From: Neoechinorhynchus agilis
Lineage: Eukaryota > Animalia > Acanthocephala
Assembly: GCA_051530055.1 (NCBI GenBank)
Contig: CM121342.1
Location: forward strand, 6,323,489-6,387,488
Length of the DNA stretch: 64,000 nucleotides
Direction of reading: 5' to 3'
A program made the translations under genes and the position numbers. Below are positions 25,601-37,750 of this stretch, piece by piece. Numbering within the stretch: the stretch's first letter is position 1; each line of letters begins with the position of its first letter. The notes beneath the pieces were generated by a model. That model was not told the origin of the DNA. It worked only from the letters and a program-made list of their open reading frames with translations, and searched no databases.

Positions 25601-28600
25601 AAAGTTTTTTTTATTCAGAACAAAAGCGTTAGTATTTCCTTATGGTGCACTTTTCTTATGTTTAGAATGAGCGAGTATTAGAATTAGTCGATTTTAAAAG
25701 TTATTGCTTGCTGATACCTCTAGTATAATAGTAGAGTTGAAATGATCAGCCAATGTTGACTAAAGACAACACTTATCGCTTTTAATGAAATGCAAAAAAA
25801 GAAACACGATCAGAATAGATTTTCATTCTAAGACATAGATAAAATCTCAACTCACCGTTTTAGGAACGCCGATGTCAAATGAAGAAGAGTCGAAAAAACT
25901 TGTCAAGACGTCCATGATGTTCTGGGTCACATAAGCAACGAAATCGTCGTCGATTCGATCGTTAGAAATCACCTAAATAATAGCTAGAAAAAGCCGTAAA
26001 ATTGAGTATGGAAAATATTACCATTTCAATATCTGGGATGAAACTGCGTTCTATCAAATTCCAAAACTTACTTCCTTGATAGATGTCCTTTAGTTCCAAG
26101 TCGCAATCGATATAGCAATGGAACAGGAAATTTGTATAAGCTTGTTTTACCTGTTCAAATGTTCACATTGAATTTAAAGGGGAAAAGTGCGACAATTTGA
26201 TCTTTGAAGCATAATTAGAAACTTATGAATTTATTGGCGTAAAGATTAATGCTATAAAAATTTACAACTAATGCTCAGGTTAAGGAAGTTCATCTCAGTG
26301 AACATGGAATATTCGACTCGTATTTTATAAGTCTCCATAAAGCTTCAGGGATCTTAATCTGGAGTTTAGTTTTATTGGAAAAATCTGAGCACAAAATGAA
26401 AAAAGCAAAGAATCTGCCAATAAATTCATAATTCTAAAACGTCAACAAAAACCAATGGTCCACAAATGAAAGTCGACTAACTTGAACAAGAGTATTTTCA
26501 TTCGCAACGACATCCGCTATGACATCTAATGGAATTAAGGAATGGCACTTAATCTCCGTATTTTGATTCCTGCCATAAGCACATGCTGCTAGCAGATGAA
26601 CCAATTGAACGTGATAGTTCAAAATTGAATTTTCATTTTCAATCTCTTCAGGATTAATCATTCGGTCAAACAAATCGTTAAGGTTTTGCGAGTCATACAA
26701 AACCAATGAATCAAGAGAATTATAGAGCTGAAATAATTTCGGTTACCGAAAAAGCACAAAAAAATATCTCATAGACCTCAGACATGACCAAATCCTGGGA
26801 ATTCTTAACAATATTTCCCTGAGCGTGTAAAATTGTATTCAAAAACCTCAAGTAGACAACTTTTCGACCATGAAGTTCCAGTAAATGAATAAAGTGCTGA
26901 ACATGTTTTTCTGTGATGAGTCCACAAAGTTTCTCGTTATTGTCGAAAATATAACAGCATGTTTCTACTTCTTGTTCCTATTTTGGAAAAAACATTGAAA
27001 TTAAAAATTATGTCGACCAAGTGCTCACTTCCGAGAATTGATTATATTCCCGGAAATATAATTCAAAAAGTCTGGATTGGTTTTCGATATTTCCAAAACA
27101 AAAACTTTGAAGGCATTGGTGTGCCAGGGACATTATTATATTCATTCTTGTGTCTTCAGTCTAAAGAAGAAGATTTTCAGATCGAATGAAGAAATATTTA
27201 ATTACTTTATCGTAAGGGATTCTTAATAAATCCAAAACAGCCACATGAACATCCATATTTCTCAAAAGTCTTTGTTCATTTTCACATGGAAATTGCTTCA
27301 TATTCTCTGTCCTTACACATAGACGAATCATCCGTTTAAGAATCTAAAGCAAAAATATTTTCTATTCAATAAAATAATGTGTGCACCTGATAAACAGAAT
27401 TATATTTCTTTGCTTTGCTTGCACTAATTGGCGGTCCATTCTCCATTGAAACATCACTGGAATCATAAATTATTCTCTAAAATTTCCTTAGAACAAAGCT
27501 TTTAACGAATCAAATCATACACGCTCTTCAGAAATTCCTTCTCGTGATTCTTCGCTAATATCATCATCGTTTTTCTTATATACCCAAAGTTCTGATTTTT
27601 CCACAAAAAGTCTCAACTGGTCTAGGTCTCGTTTTATCTGTTTGTAATTCTCGACATCCGTGTCCGAAACAAGTAGTTGAACCTATTTCGAGCTAAATAA
27701 AAGCTCTTAATTGATCAGCAAATTAAACCTGTTTTAGATGAGTGATTGTTTCGTCCCTCTGTTTAAAATATCGGATAAGCAAATAGAACGCTTTTGAGAC
27801 GATTGGTTGATAATCATTAAACAGAAGGATAAGAAGGACTTGTAGGAAGTATCTTCCTTTTACATTGTCCATGTCAATATTTGGATCTTCTGAGTCAAAC
27901 ACTTGTTCAATCTCCTTTGATGCCGACTCAAAACTGCTTGCGATTGCTACTTTAAGATATAATGATCTGAGGTTGTATAGATGTAAATGGCCTTACATTT
28001 CTTTTCAAACATGCACTTGAATACGGATAATAGTCTAGAAATGCAAAAGTCGAGTCGTATGTCCATGATAAACTAAAATGTTTCAGTTTTAGCGTAGAAA
28101 TTTCTAAGGGTTGGTATAATAATCAGACTTTTATGGCCTCAGACATTACAAAGTGATCAAAAATCCGGAAATTTTCATCTCCGTTTTGCCTAGTTGTAAT
28201 TAATATGACTTAAGTCTATAGCTGCAATTGTAAATGAACCGCATAGACACTCATTTTAATTGTCATAAATTAAAGTATTTTACTATATTTTGTTTAATGA
28301 TTGAGAAAATAGAGATTAATTTTACTAAGTATCTATGTACGGCCTTTTGCACGGCTGATAATTTTCCTTGGACACACATCCCCACCACCGCTGAAGGGAC
28401 GAGGAAACTCACGGATGAGTCCCGCCTCCCAGGGTGGTATCTGAGAATCCAGAGGAATGTCCGTAGTTGTGTCGAGGTGGTCAAGTGGATTAATGCCCGT
28501 GATCCCATTTAAGGGTAAACTGGTTCGAAACCCCTTATCGCCAAAGCCTCATGACCAAAGGGGACGAAATACCTCGTTGATTGAGGAAACTCATTGATGA

Positions 28601-31600
28601 GTCCCGCCTCCCAGGGTGGCATCTGAGAATCCAGAGGAATGTCCGTAGTTGTGTCGAGGTGGTCAAGTGGATTAATGCCCGTGATCCCATTTAAGGGTAA
28701 ACTGGTTCGAAACCTCTTATCGCCAAAGCCTCATGACCAAAGGGGACGAAATACCTCGTTGAACTGAGGAAACTCACGGATGAGTCCCGCCTCCCAGGGT
28801 GGTATCTGAGAATCCAGAGGAATGTCCGTAGTTGTGTCGAGGTGGTCAAGTGGATTAATGCCCGTGATCCCATTTAAGGGTAAACTGGTTCGAAACCCCT
28901 TATCGCCAAAGGCCTCATGACCAAAGGGGACGAAATACCTCGTTGAACTGAGGAAACTCATTGATGAGTCCCGCCTTCTCGTGAGGTATCTGAGGATCCT
29001 TCCCTGGACCAGATCGGTGGGATGTGTGCCCAGAGAGAAAACAATCAGCAATGGAAAAAGGACCTAAATAAAAGTTACCGGCTGGCCAGTCTTCAAAAAT
29101 TAATTTTACTATCTGACTTTATTTTCGAAATCACCAAACAAAATATATCCATGAGCGTATTCTTTACAATAGCGGCGAAAACAGGACTTTTTATAGAAAA
29201 GGAATTAAAGCCAAGCGACGTCGACTTAACGATTAATGGTCTTACCTCAATAATTGACATAATGTTCAGTCGAATATCATTTGATAGATCATCCACTGGT
29301 TCAACATCGACTACGTTAGACGACAAAAACACTGATTTTGCATTTAGCTCTAGGTCATGTTCCACAATGTCCGAAGAAGCTTTTGGACTTGCTCGAGAAG
29401 CAAGTAATTTCAAAAGAGTTTTCGTCAAGTGGAGTAAGTCCGAGAAAGTGTAAAATCCAAAGAATATAAGGCGTTTAGCCAAAGATACAACCTTCAACAA
29501 CATGAAATGTGTAAAAAGTGTGTTAAAAATACCTCGTGAGTAAGTTTATTCTGATCTTTAGATTCGAATGCATTAGATTTGCATGAAACAGTGAACAAAT
29601 AATCTTCGACGAATATTTTAACATGGCTAAACTGCACGTGAGCTGTATCCTTATCAGCTGCTATCTTATCATAGCTATTATGTGATTTAAAGCAAACTAA
29701 AGGCATAGAATATTTTAAATACCTTTCCAGTGTCACTTCAGATTGAATCTCTTTCCACAATCGAGCATACTTAATTCTTGTGACTTCTTCTTGAGGATCT
29801 CGATTGACATGAAGATGGATCAATAAGTTACAGAAAGCAGCTCTTAAATTGTACGGGATATTCTTGCTCCGTACACACCTTTTAACGTTTTTTTTAGAAA
29901 TGTCTTTCCAAGAAAACATTTACCACAAAATGAGTTGCGGTGATAAACGTGGTGTGAGATAATCGATTGCAAGATATTGGCGATCACAGCACATTCTTGA
30001 AAATAATGATAGTTGGTATCTTTAGAATTTTAAGTGTGAATTCTCAAGGTTTTTTGAATTTCGACTCACCGATAATATTTTAATGTCTGTTTTGCAGTTT
30101 CATCAGTCTCAGCTCGCTTACAATATTTGTCAATATTTTCTTCTTCTCCATGTACAATGATTTTAACGATTTTATCTGCATCCGGAATTACGCTTCCGAC
30201 TTGAGTCATTAAAGAATTGCTCGGAGTGTCGGAATTTTCAAGGAATCTTTTTTAAAATAAATTTTTCTTCAAATTATAAATGATATCTACTTTTACCTTG
30301 TCTCAATCAATATTCCCTGGCGTCGTTCGAGCAATGATCTGCAAATCATCTCCTGAGTGCGAGCAATAGCTTGATGATTCGACACACATAGATCGCATAA
30401 ATAGTTCAAAAATCGACAATCCTTTCTGTTTTCGAGCAAGTTCACAAAAGTCTCGATTTCCCGTTCCGTTATATGCTTCTCCAATAATTTCCGATTATTA
30501 TGAAGAAGGGCGGTAATGGTTTCCTCGGCTAAAATATCATAACCGATTTGGGCTTGCATGAATCCAAATTCCTTGGCTATTGTTTCCTACTCCCCTCGAA
30601 TCATTTAAATGATTATTTTTTTAAAATACGTACTTGATTTTTTCGATACTGTTGTTGGCACATATTTAATATTCGGTAGCATAGTCGACAAATCATTTTT
30701 ATCTGATTTTTTTCGACGGTAACACGGTGATCATATTCCTTTTCGTCTTGTTTATCTACAGTCAATTCATCTTTTCTTATCAACTTTGGTTTCAGGATTT
30801 TTAATACATTGAATAACTACAAAAAAAGAGATTTGTTGGAAAAATAAGACTAATGAGAACTTACAGCTTTTATAATTCCCTGCTCCCTGACGAGTTTTTG
30901 ACGATCTCGATGTGGTTTTATTACTTGAACGGAAAATGGGTCGGTGTTCGTCGGTTCGTGTGTCGCGAGAAAGTAAACGAGGTCGGTTAGGACATTTATA
31001 ATCCGCCTAAGTGATTAATATTTTGTTATTCACTTGAAAGTAAATTTCCACCAACTTCTTTTCATTGTTGGAAATCGTCGCGATTCCACCTTCCTCCCAC
31101 TTCCCTACCGTTCCAGCTAACATAGATCCCATATCTCGTGCAAAATCCAAATCGCGAACTTCTTGCTGAGAAACCAAAATTATCTGAAATGCTTCTTTGT
31201 CCTCTTTGAGCATATCCGCGGCAACCTATCAATCAACAATATTCCGCTGGGTTTTTTTCGTGGTAAATTACCTTATATCTAACACCTTCATCGTCCGGAT
31301 CCATCTTTATCCCAGTACTATGGATCCAAGAACTTGATTGAAGATGTCTCAAGCGTACATAGGAACCTCTTGGTACGCATTCGTCCGGTCTACTAATAAT
31401 CACAGTTGGATCGAGCTCAAAAAGCGATCCAAAGTCATATGGCTGAATAATGGATACCAATTGGTAGGTAGATCCTTCGTCTATTGAAAATCGTCTGATG
31501 GGTCGATCAGGATCTTCGGTTTTTTCCGCATCAATTTGAGCTGCAAGGTAGTTCCCAGTGGCAAGATGTTTAAACCGAAAAAAGGAATTCCAAGATCCAA

Positions 31601-32826
31601 CTCCACCACGACACGGATCCTTTTGAACAACTTCAACTTCCCAGAGGGCATTAGAAGAAGTAGCGGAAGTTGCCGTCACTCGTCCAGTTGCTCGCAAAAA
31701 TACCACATTTTTCTTTTTATACTTATCACAAGTCAGAAACTTCTCTTGTTCTGAATGAAAAAGTCGGACGATATCGCCACTTTTAAGGAAATTGGACAAC
31801 TCTTCTTTCCATTTGATGAAGAGTGTGATCTTCCAACTGGTTTGAATGTGAGAACTCACTGTCCTTTGATGTGTAAACATCTTAACGCCATGACAATTGA
31901 CCTAATTAGAGACTGTTGAGCGCATGTGATTTGATTATGATACAACCTCACGCATCATTGGAAACTCATTTAGAGTGGCATCACTCACATGAAGAGGCTG
32001 AGTACCGCCATATTGCATCAGGACGACCTTATCTCCAATTACAACCTAAAAATTAGAATTTAATAGTAGTTTATTGTTAAACACACACATATCAAACATA
32101 CTCGTTCTCCTTTAGATCTTAATTTATAGTATGGCTCCACCATAAACCAAGAACCTTCGTTTCCATAAGGATCTAAGGTCACCCGCATTGCATTCCTTTC
32201 CACAAGAGCTGGCAATCTTTTATTTATTGTTAGGTATCGATTACTTTTCACATGTAATAACTACAAGATTTACACAATGTACTTATCAGTGAAACTTTAG
32301 CAAACCTGGATAACAGTATCGCTGTACTTCACAAAAGCACCTAAATTCTTTTTATTTTCACCTTCATTCTGTTTCTTTTCAGATTCTGCAGCGACCTAGA
32401 TTTATAGATTTTTGTTTATTCTACATAAAAAAATGATCGGTTTTAACCTTTAACTTTTTGTATTCCTTAGATTGATGTGCTAATTTCTGTGCCTTCCAAT
32501 ATTGCATCTGCGCGCTGTATCGATTTTGAGGACATACTTTAAATAAGCAATCTATATAAGGACGACGTATCTTAAATTTCCCTAACTCTCCAGACTTCAC
32601 AACAAACCTCGGTAATTTTTGGGCGGAAGGTTAGAATCCGTCTCTTCTACCTCCACAACGCAACGGTCGTCCACGAGACTTTGAGAATTTGTGTTAAACA
32701 AAGCGTCAAAATTAGAGCTTTTTACCCCAAAGTACTCGCAAATCCATGGATTCCAGCTTCCACGTGCAAGGCGACAATGTCTCCGATATTCAGAAAACTG
32801 GACGCTGTTTCATCCAGATTCTTCAT
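19664..32826 (-). CDS. ITPR: Inositol 1,4,5-trisphosphate receptor (many short-intron exons; additional upstream exons possible)
   Basis: Collinear motifs from [30 protein letters not shown] and [11 protein letters not shown] to the pore [29 protein letters not shown] and WFPRMR. The introns traced are GT-AG. Confidence 0.98.
22336..22428. ncRNA. Inverted pair of minimal hammerhead motifs in an ITPR intron
   Basis: Minus strand 22372-22336: CTGAAGA-G-GTAAGC-A9-GCTTAC-GAAA-TATT. The plus-strand copy at 22400-22428 has a 4-nt deletion in stem II. Confidence 0.6.
22762..22901. repeat. Intronic fold-back, ~60-bp imperfect arms with ~18-nt loop
   Basis: TTCTTATTGAGCGGTTCAAAC..TATTTCGTGGACAA pairs with TTGTCCACGAAATA..GTTTGAACCGTTCAACAAGAA. 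Confidence 0.85.
24167..24356. repeat. Intronic MITE-like fold-back with 20-bp terminal inverted repeats
   Basis: ATTAGAATTATTATTTAGAA versus the reverse complement of TTCTAAACAATAATTCTAAT, 19/20 identical. Confidence 0.6.
28328..29098 (+). mobile_element. Non-autonomous retrozyme/SINE-like insertion: ~183-bp tandem units with tRNA-like head and permuted hammerhead
   Basis: 13-bp direct repeat ATTAATTTTACTA at 28315-28327 and 29099-29111. ATGAGTCCC repeats at 28415, 28597, 28780 and 28964. Lies in ITPR intron 28073-29245, antisense to the host gene. Confidence 0.8.
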
Positions 32827-33599
32827 CTAAACCGAGACAATAGGGGCGATGTTGTTTATTTCTAAGACGAAAATTCAGATATATTCTCTTATAGAAAGCT
32901 GACAAGTGGTTGTGCAATCTCTACACAGCATGTTGCTGAAGATACCTTTCTCAAGTGGCATGAAGGAACCACCTGTTTGGCAGAGAACCCGGGCTTGAAA
33001 TATTGCAAAAAGAAAATACCTTTATAAAGCATGATTTTTATGTGATTGACCAATTTATTTTTTGTATAATTCCGATACGTTAAATCAGAAAAGTAGAATT
33101 AAGAGGACGTCTACATAAGAGTTCATATCTCGATCATTATTTATCTTGACAGGTCTAGAGTGCGACTGCACCTTATAAACCACATTATTAGAATCACAAG
33201 GGAGTTTGGTGGAGAAGAGTCTTGAACCTTTAAATTTTTCCGACAAAAACAAACGTCTTTAGTGCAAAAAACACCGTAATTTTCCGATCTCAGTTATATC
33301 TTAGATCCACCACATTGACAATTATTTTCGATGCTATCTTTTAATGTCGCATCCATCAAGCATTGAGTGACGAAAACGGGTTCATGGGTAACATACCTTT
33401 CGGATCATGACAAGATCAATTGGACAAAAAAGATGGGTGCATTTTTCCACACGATTGATGTTGTTAGAGCGAACATAAAAGCGATACTTATAGACAACAA
33501 GTGTACCGGAAAAATAGATTTTCAAGGATGCCACATGATACTGAACATAATTTGGCATATGCCTTAGGCCAGGAAATCTCCCTCTCATTATCGATAAAT

Positions 33600-34640
33600 T
33601 GAAGAAGGATCAAGAATGTAGTACATCTGGGATCTTTTAATGCAAACGCCCTTGGTTTCTCTACATTTCTTTGGATAATTTGATCGTTATTTTTTCACCA
33701 ATGACATTTTCCTAGTTTGAAAGGAACATGACTTCCAAAAAATATGTTGACAGGTGACATCTTTACCGGTTCTTCGGATTTTCCTTCAGATTCCTGGCCA
33801 TCTTCGGATTCACCTGTCGCTTCAACGATCACATCATCCACTAGCAAATCCATCTTTTGTGTAGATGTTTAAATTTGCTAATACATCGATTGAGGGGGTT
33901 CAAGCGAACGATCTAATGAAGTTGTGGAACGAGCCGAATCACTAGGAGATTCGGAACTAATGAGAAAATTTGCATTCCCCGTTTGCTTGGAAAAGCTTTG
34001 TCTGATAATGCATAAACGGGAGAGCTGGCACGCCTGCGTTGATGGTAAAAGGAACAAAGTTGAAGCCAATTTCATCAGAGGAAGGCGAGACGATTTTTCG
34101 TGAGAGGTAGGATTAAATGGGAATTCAGTCGGGTTCATAGTTAATCGATAAACGTTTCTTAAACCGGTGCTTAAAGCTGATTGAAAGAGTAGTCATTAAT
34201 TTTTTTTAAAAGGAGTGCTTGTCTTTATTAAACAGTAAAGTAAATAATTTATAATTACGTAAAAATTAATTTAGAATATAACCATTATTATATCCCTTCC
34301 TCGGCTTTTTGCCATAAAAACTGAGGAAAGGATGTTTTTTTTTGATAAAAATCTTTAAAAATGTTAAAAAAATACTAAGACGACCCACAATGGGGCTTTA
34401 AAATTGTTTGAAAAAAAATCACGGCTTAACAGTCAAAAAAAAGAAAAGTCTCACCGTTATAGAGGCTTTTTCGCCTTCGACATATTCAATCATGGCATTG
34501 TATGTTTCAACAAGAGTGTCTTTTAAATCATTATTGTCCTCAAAACGAAAAAGGTTGAGAAGATAGACTTGAGTTTAACGAGTCCAATGACACCTACAGC
34601 GCACATCATTTCGTTCAGCCTTTCTTCTTTTGAGTCCTAT
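33600..34640 (-). CDS. Unassigned candidate coding exons upstream of ITPR
   Basis: Open frames with splice-like ends, e.g. DNNDLKDTLVETYNAMIEYVEGEKASIT|gtgag and ORF 33878..34138. No family recognised and splice phases not fully resolved. Confidence 0.35.
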
Positions 34641-35806
34641 GTTGATATCTAAAACGAATGTATTTTTCATGCTAATTTTTTTTAAAGAAATTAATAGCCA
34701 CAAAGTTGTGTTTACTTGTGAAACATTTGTTAACAAAAAAGATGTATCTGACTCATGGAGAGGCGTTTCGGGTTTACGGATACAAGAAAACGTAAATGTC
34801 GCTCGAAAACGTTCAGGTCGAATTGAGCTGAGACAAAGAACGGATTGCGAGACGATTGTAGGCGTACGCGTGTTATCCAAAGATATATGAACGTCTCAGC
34901 AACAACACTGTCACGCAAGCAAATATTTTGTCAAAAACTCCTGATACATCTTTTACGAGGGAAAGAGACGTTCATCGTAAACTATCTGAAGTTGATCCGA
35001 ATTGTTTGATTAAAATTTACGCAGAGTAATTGTTTTTTTTGTTGAAGAAATGGGACTAGCAGACTTCGATATTAAGCAACTTAATTTGGTTTAATGAAAA
35101 AAAAATTCAACCATGAAATTAAGGAATCTGGGTAGGGTTTTTTTGTGAGAAAGTGCATCAGGTGACTTTGAGAAATTTAATAAGTATTTTCATACAAGAA
35201 AGCTATCAAAGTTTCCAAAATTCCATAGCGGTTAATTAGCTTATATCTAAAAACAAATGCCAAGTTTTCCCTTTTAGGATTGTCTGTAAAAATAGAAAAA
35301 TTCCTAAGAGCTTAATATAAATCGCGAATGTGTATGACTTATTAGGACAAACAAACAAGCGGATATGAATGCTAAATGCGCAAAAGCGCATTTTATGGCG
35401 TCTCACATTTCGTCAATGTCACTTGTAAGGGAGAAAAAATATTATTAAAGTTTTTATAGCTATCCGGAAACCCTGTGGACAGATTTATAGTAAGATTTTT
35501 AATAGTTTTTCAATGTATCTCGATGGGTTGATTAAATAAATGTCGGGTTTTCCTATAAGTTGTGAGATTTTCCGAATGAAGAGTACCAAAGGATTGATAA
35601 TAGAGGTCTAATGCGATCACGTTTTATCTCCTCCAGGCATAATTCTGTCAATGGATAGACGAAACTTTCGGACACTTCACCGATTGTCGGGACATAAAGA
35701 CAGGTTGAATCCTCATTCTGACTGTCTATAGCTATCTGCGATCGACTGCTCTCGGGATTCTAAGTCCGTCCCGCCAATCCGATTTCTTGGTACTGGAAAT
35801 CAGAAT

Positions 35807-36710
35807 AGTTCCAAAAATGCTTTAATCGTTATTGGTACTTCGAAATAAAGGGTATTTTCGTTAAAGGGAAACATTTTAGGTCGCAAATCGAAAACTTGCC
35901 TTGGAAAATCCGTGTAAAGAGATTAAAGGAAGATTCTTTAATCAATAATTAGGCATACTGAAGTTCCAAAAATGCTTAATCGTTATTGGTACTTCGAAAT
36001 AAAGGGTATTTTCGTTAAAGGGAAACATTTTAGGTCGCAAATCGAAAACTTGCCTTGGAAAATCCGTGTAAAGAGATTAAAGGAAGATTCTTTAATCAAT
36101 AATTAGGCATACTGAAGTTCCAAAAATGCTTTAATCGTTATTGGTACTTCGAAATAAAGGGTATTTTCGTTAAAGGGAAACATTTTAGGTCGCAAATCGA
36201 AAACTTGCCTTGGAAAATCCGTGTAAAGAGATTAAAGGAAGATTCTTTAATCAATAATTAGGCATACTGAAGTTCCAAAAATGCTTTAATCGTTATTGGT
36301 ACTTCGAAATAAAGGGTTTTTCGTTAAAGGGAAACATTTTAGGTCGCAAATCGAAAACTTGCCTTGGAAAATCCGTGTAAAGAGATTAAAGGAAGATTCT
36401 TTAATCAATAATTAGGCATACTGAAGTTCCAAAAATGCTTTAATCGTTATTGGTACTTCGAAATAAGGGTATTTTCGTTAAAGGGAAACATTTTAGGTCG
36501 CAAATCGAAAACTTGCCTGAAAATCCGTGTAAAGAGATTAAAGGAAGATTCTTTAATCAATAATTAGGCATACTGAAGTTCCAAAAATGCTTTAATCGTT
36601 ATTGGTACTTCGAAATAAAGGGTATTTTCGTTAAAGGGAAACATTTTAGGTCGCAAATCGAAAACTTGCCTTGGAAAATCCGTGTAAAGAGATTAAAGGA
36701 AGATTCTTAA
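35807..36710. repeat. 155-bp tandem repeat, ~5.8 near-identical copies
   Basis: AGTTCCAAAAATGC occurs at 35807, 35962, 36116, 36271 and onward. Confidence 0.97.
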
Positions 36711-37561
36711 AGTTAGGACAGATTCTTTTTCAAAAAAGAAGTTTTCCAAATGGACATTTGATCGTTGTTTGGTGTTGGTTCTAGAGACGATACTGGTGAA
36801 ACAAAAGACATGGAACACTCGCTGTCTGTCTGAGCAACAAGACATTACACCGTTAATGCTTGTTTCTATGATTCCATCCCCATTTCTCGGGATAAGACGT
36901 GAGCAGTTTTTTTTTGGGAAGAGAAGGAATCATTTTAACGAACCATGAATAAGCGTATTAGTGCGTGGTGTTAAAACATCCAAATTTGATGTGTTAAATC
37001 GATCAAAAAATAAAAAAAAAGATCTCCTCGCTATTTTCCCTAGGTATTAAGTTGAAAAGTGTAATAGTAACGATTTTTCTTAGGCGATAAATGTCTTTTA
37101 TGTGTGTGTTTATAGAAAAAAATACCATTTTAGAGGAAGTAGAAAATTGAAAAGGACAATCTTGGAGAAACTGAGGGAAAAACGTTCGCGTATATCTATA
37201 ATGTGTATCGAAAAAAAGCCTTGGCAGCTGAAAAGTCTGGTACGCACCTAGATTCCTTCATATAATCAATCTATTTAGATCTCTTTTAGAAAGAGTCTGC
37301 TTTTATCCATAAAACGTAGCCTTGTGAACCGTATTTTGTTTTTGATTTATAACCTACTTATTTGAAACTTCACAAAAAAAATCGAACGCTCAATCCATTT
37401 TCTACGAATTTGCTAAAAACGGAATCTTGAAAGTGGCGTCGAAAATCTCCTGATCATGAAGTGTGAGCAAAAGAACGTTTAAGGAAGATCAACCATCCGG
37501 TAGACGGGAAACTACGTTCTTAGTCATGCACAAAAAACAACGGCAATCCTTCATCTGCACC

Positions 37562-37750
37562 CATCTACAATTGTGATACTTTTCGGCAGTCAATTCCACT
37601 TGAAATGAATTAACGACAATTTAAACTTAATTGTTCGGCTTTTTTTGTGGAAAATAATCGATCATCTACAATTGTGATACTTTTCGGCAGTCAATTCCAC
37701 TTGAAATGAATTAACGACAATTTAAACTTAATTGTTCAGCTTTTTTTGTG
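37562..37750. repeat. ~100-bp direct duplication (2 copies)
   Basis: CATCTACAATTGTGATACTTTTCGGCAG occurs at ~37562 and ~37662. Confidence 0.9.

Noticed and set aside
29093-29245. ORF 29093..29503 extending as ITPR coding sequence to 29093
   Set aside because: Homology ends at NIMSIIE followed by a GTAAGA donor at 29245; the next exon (FIMDIRLDF) starts at 28072, so the rest is intron.
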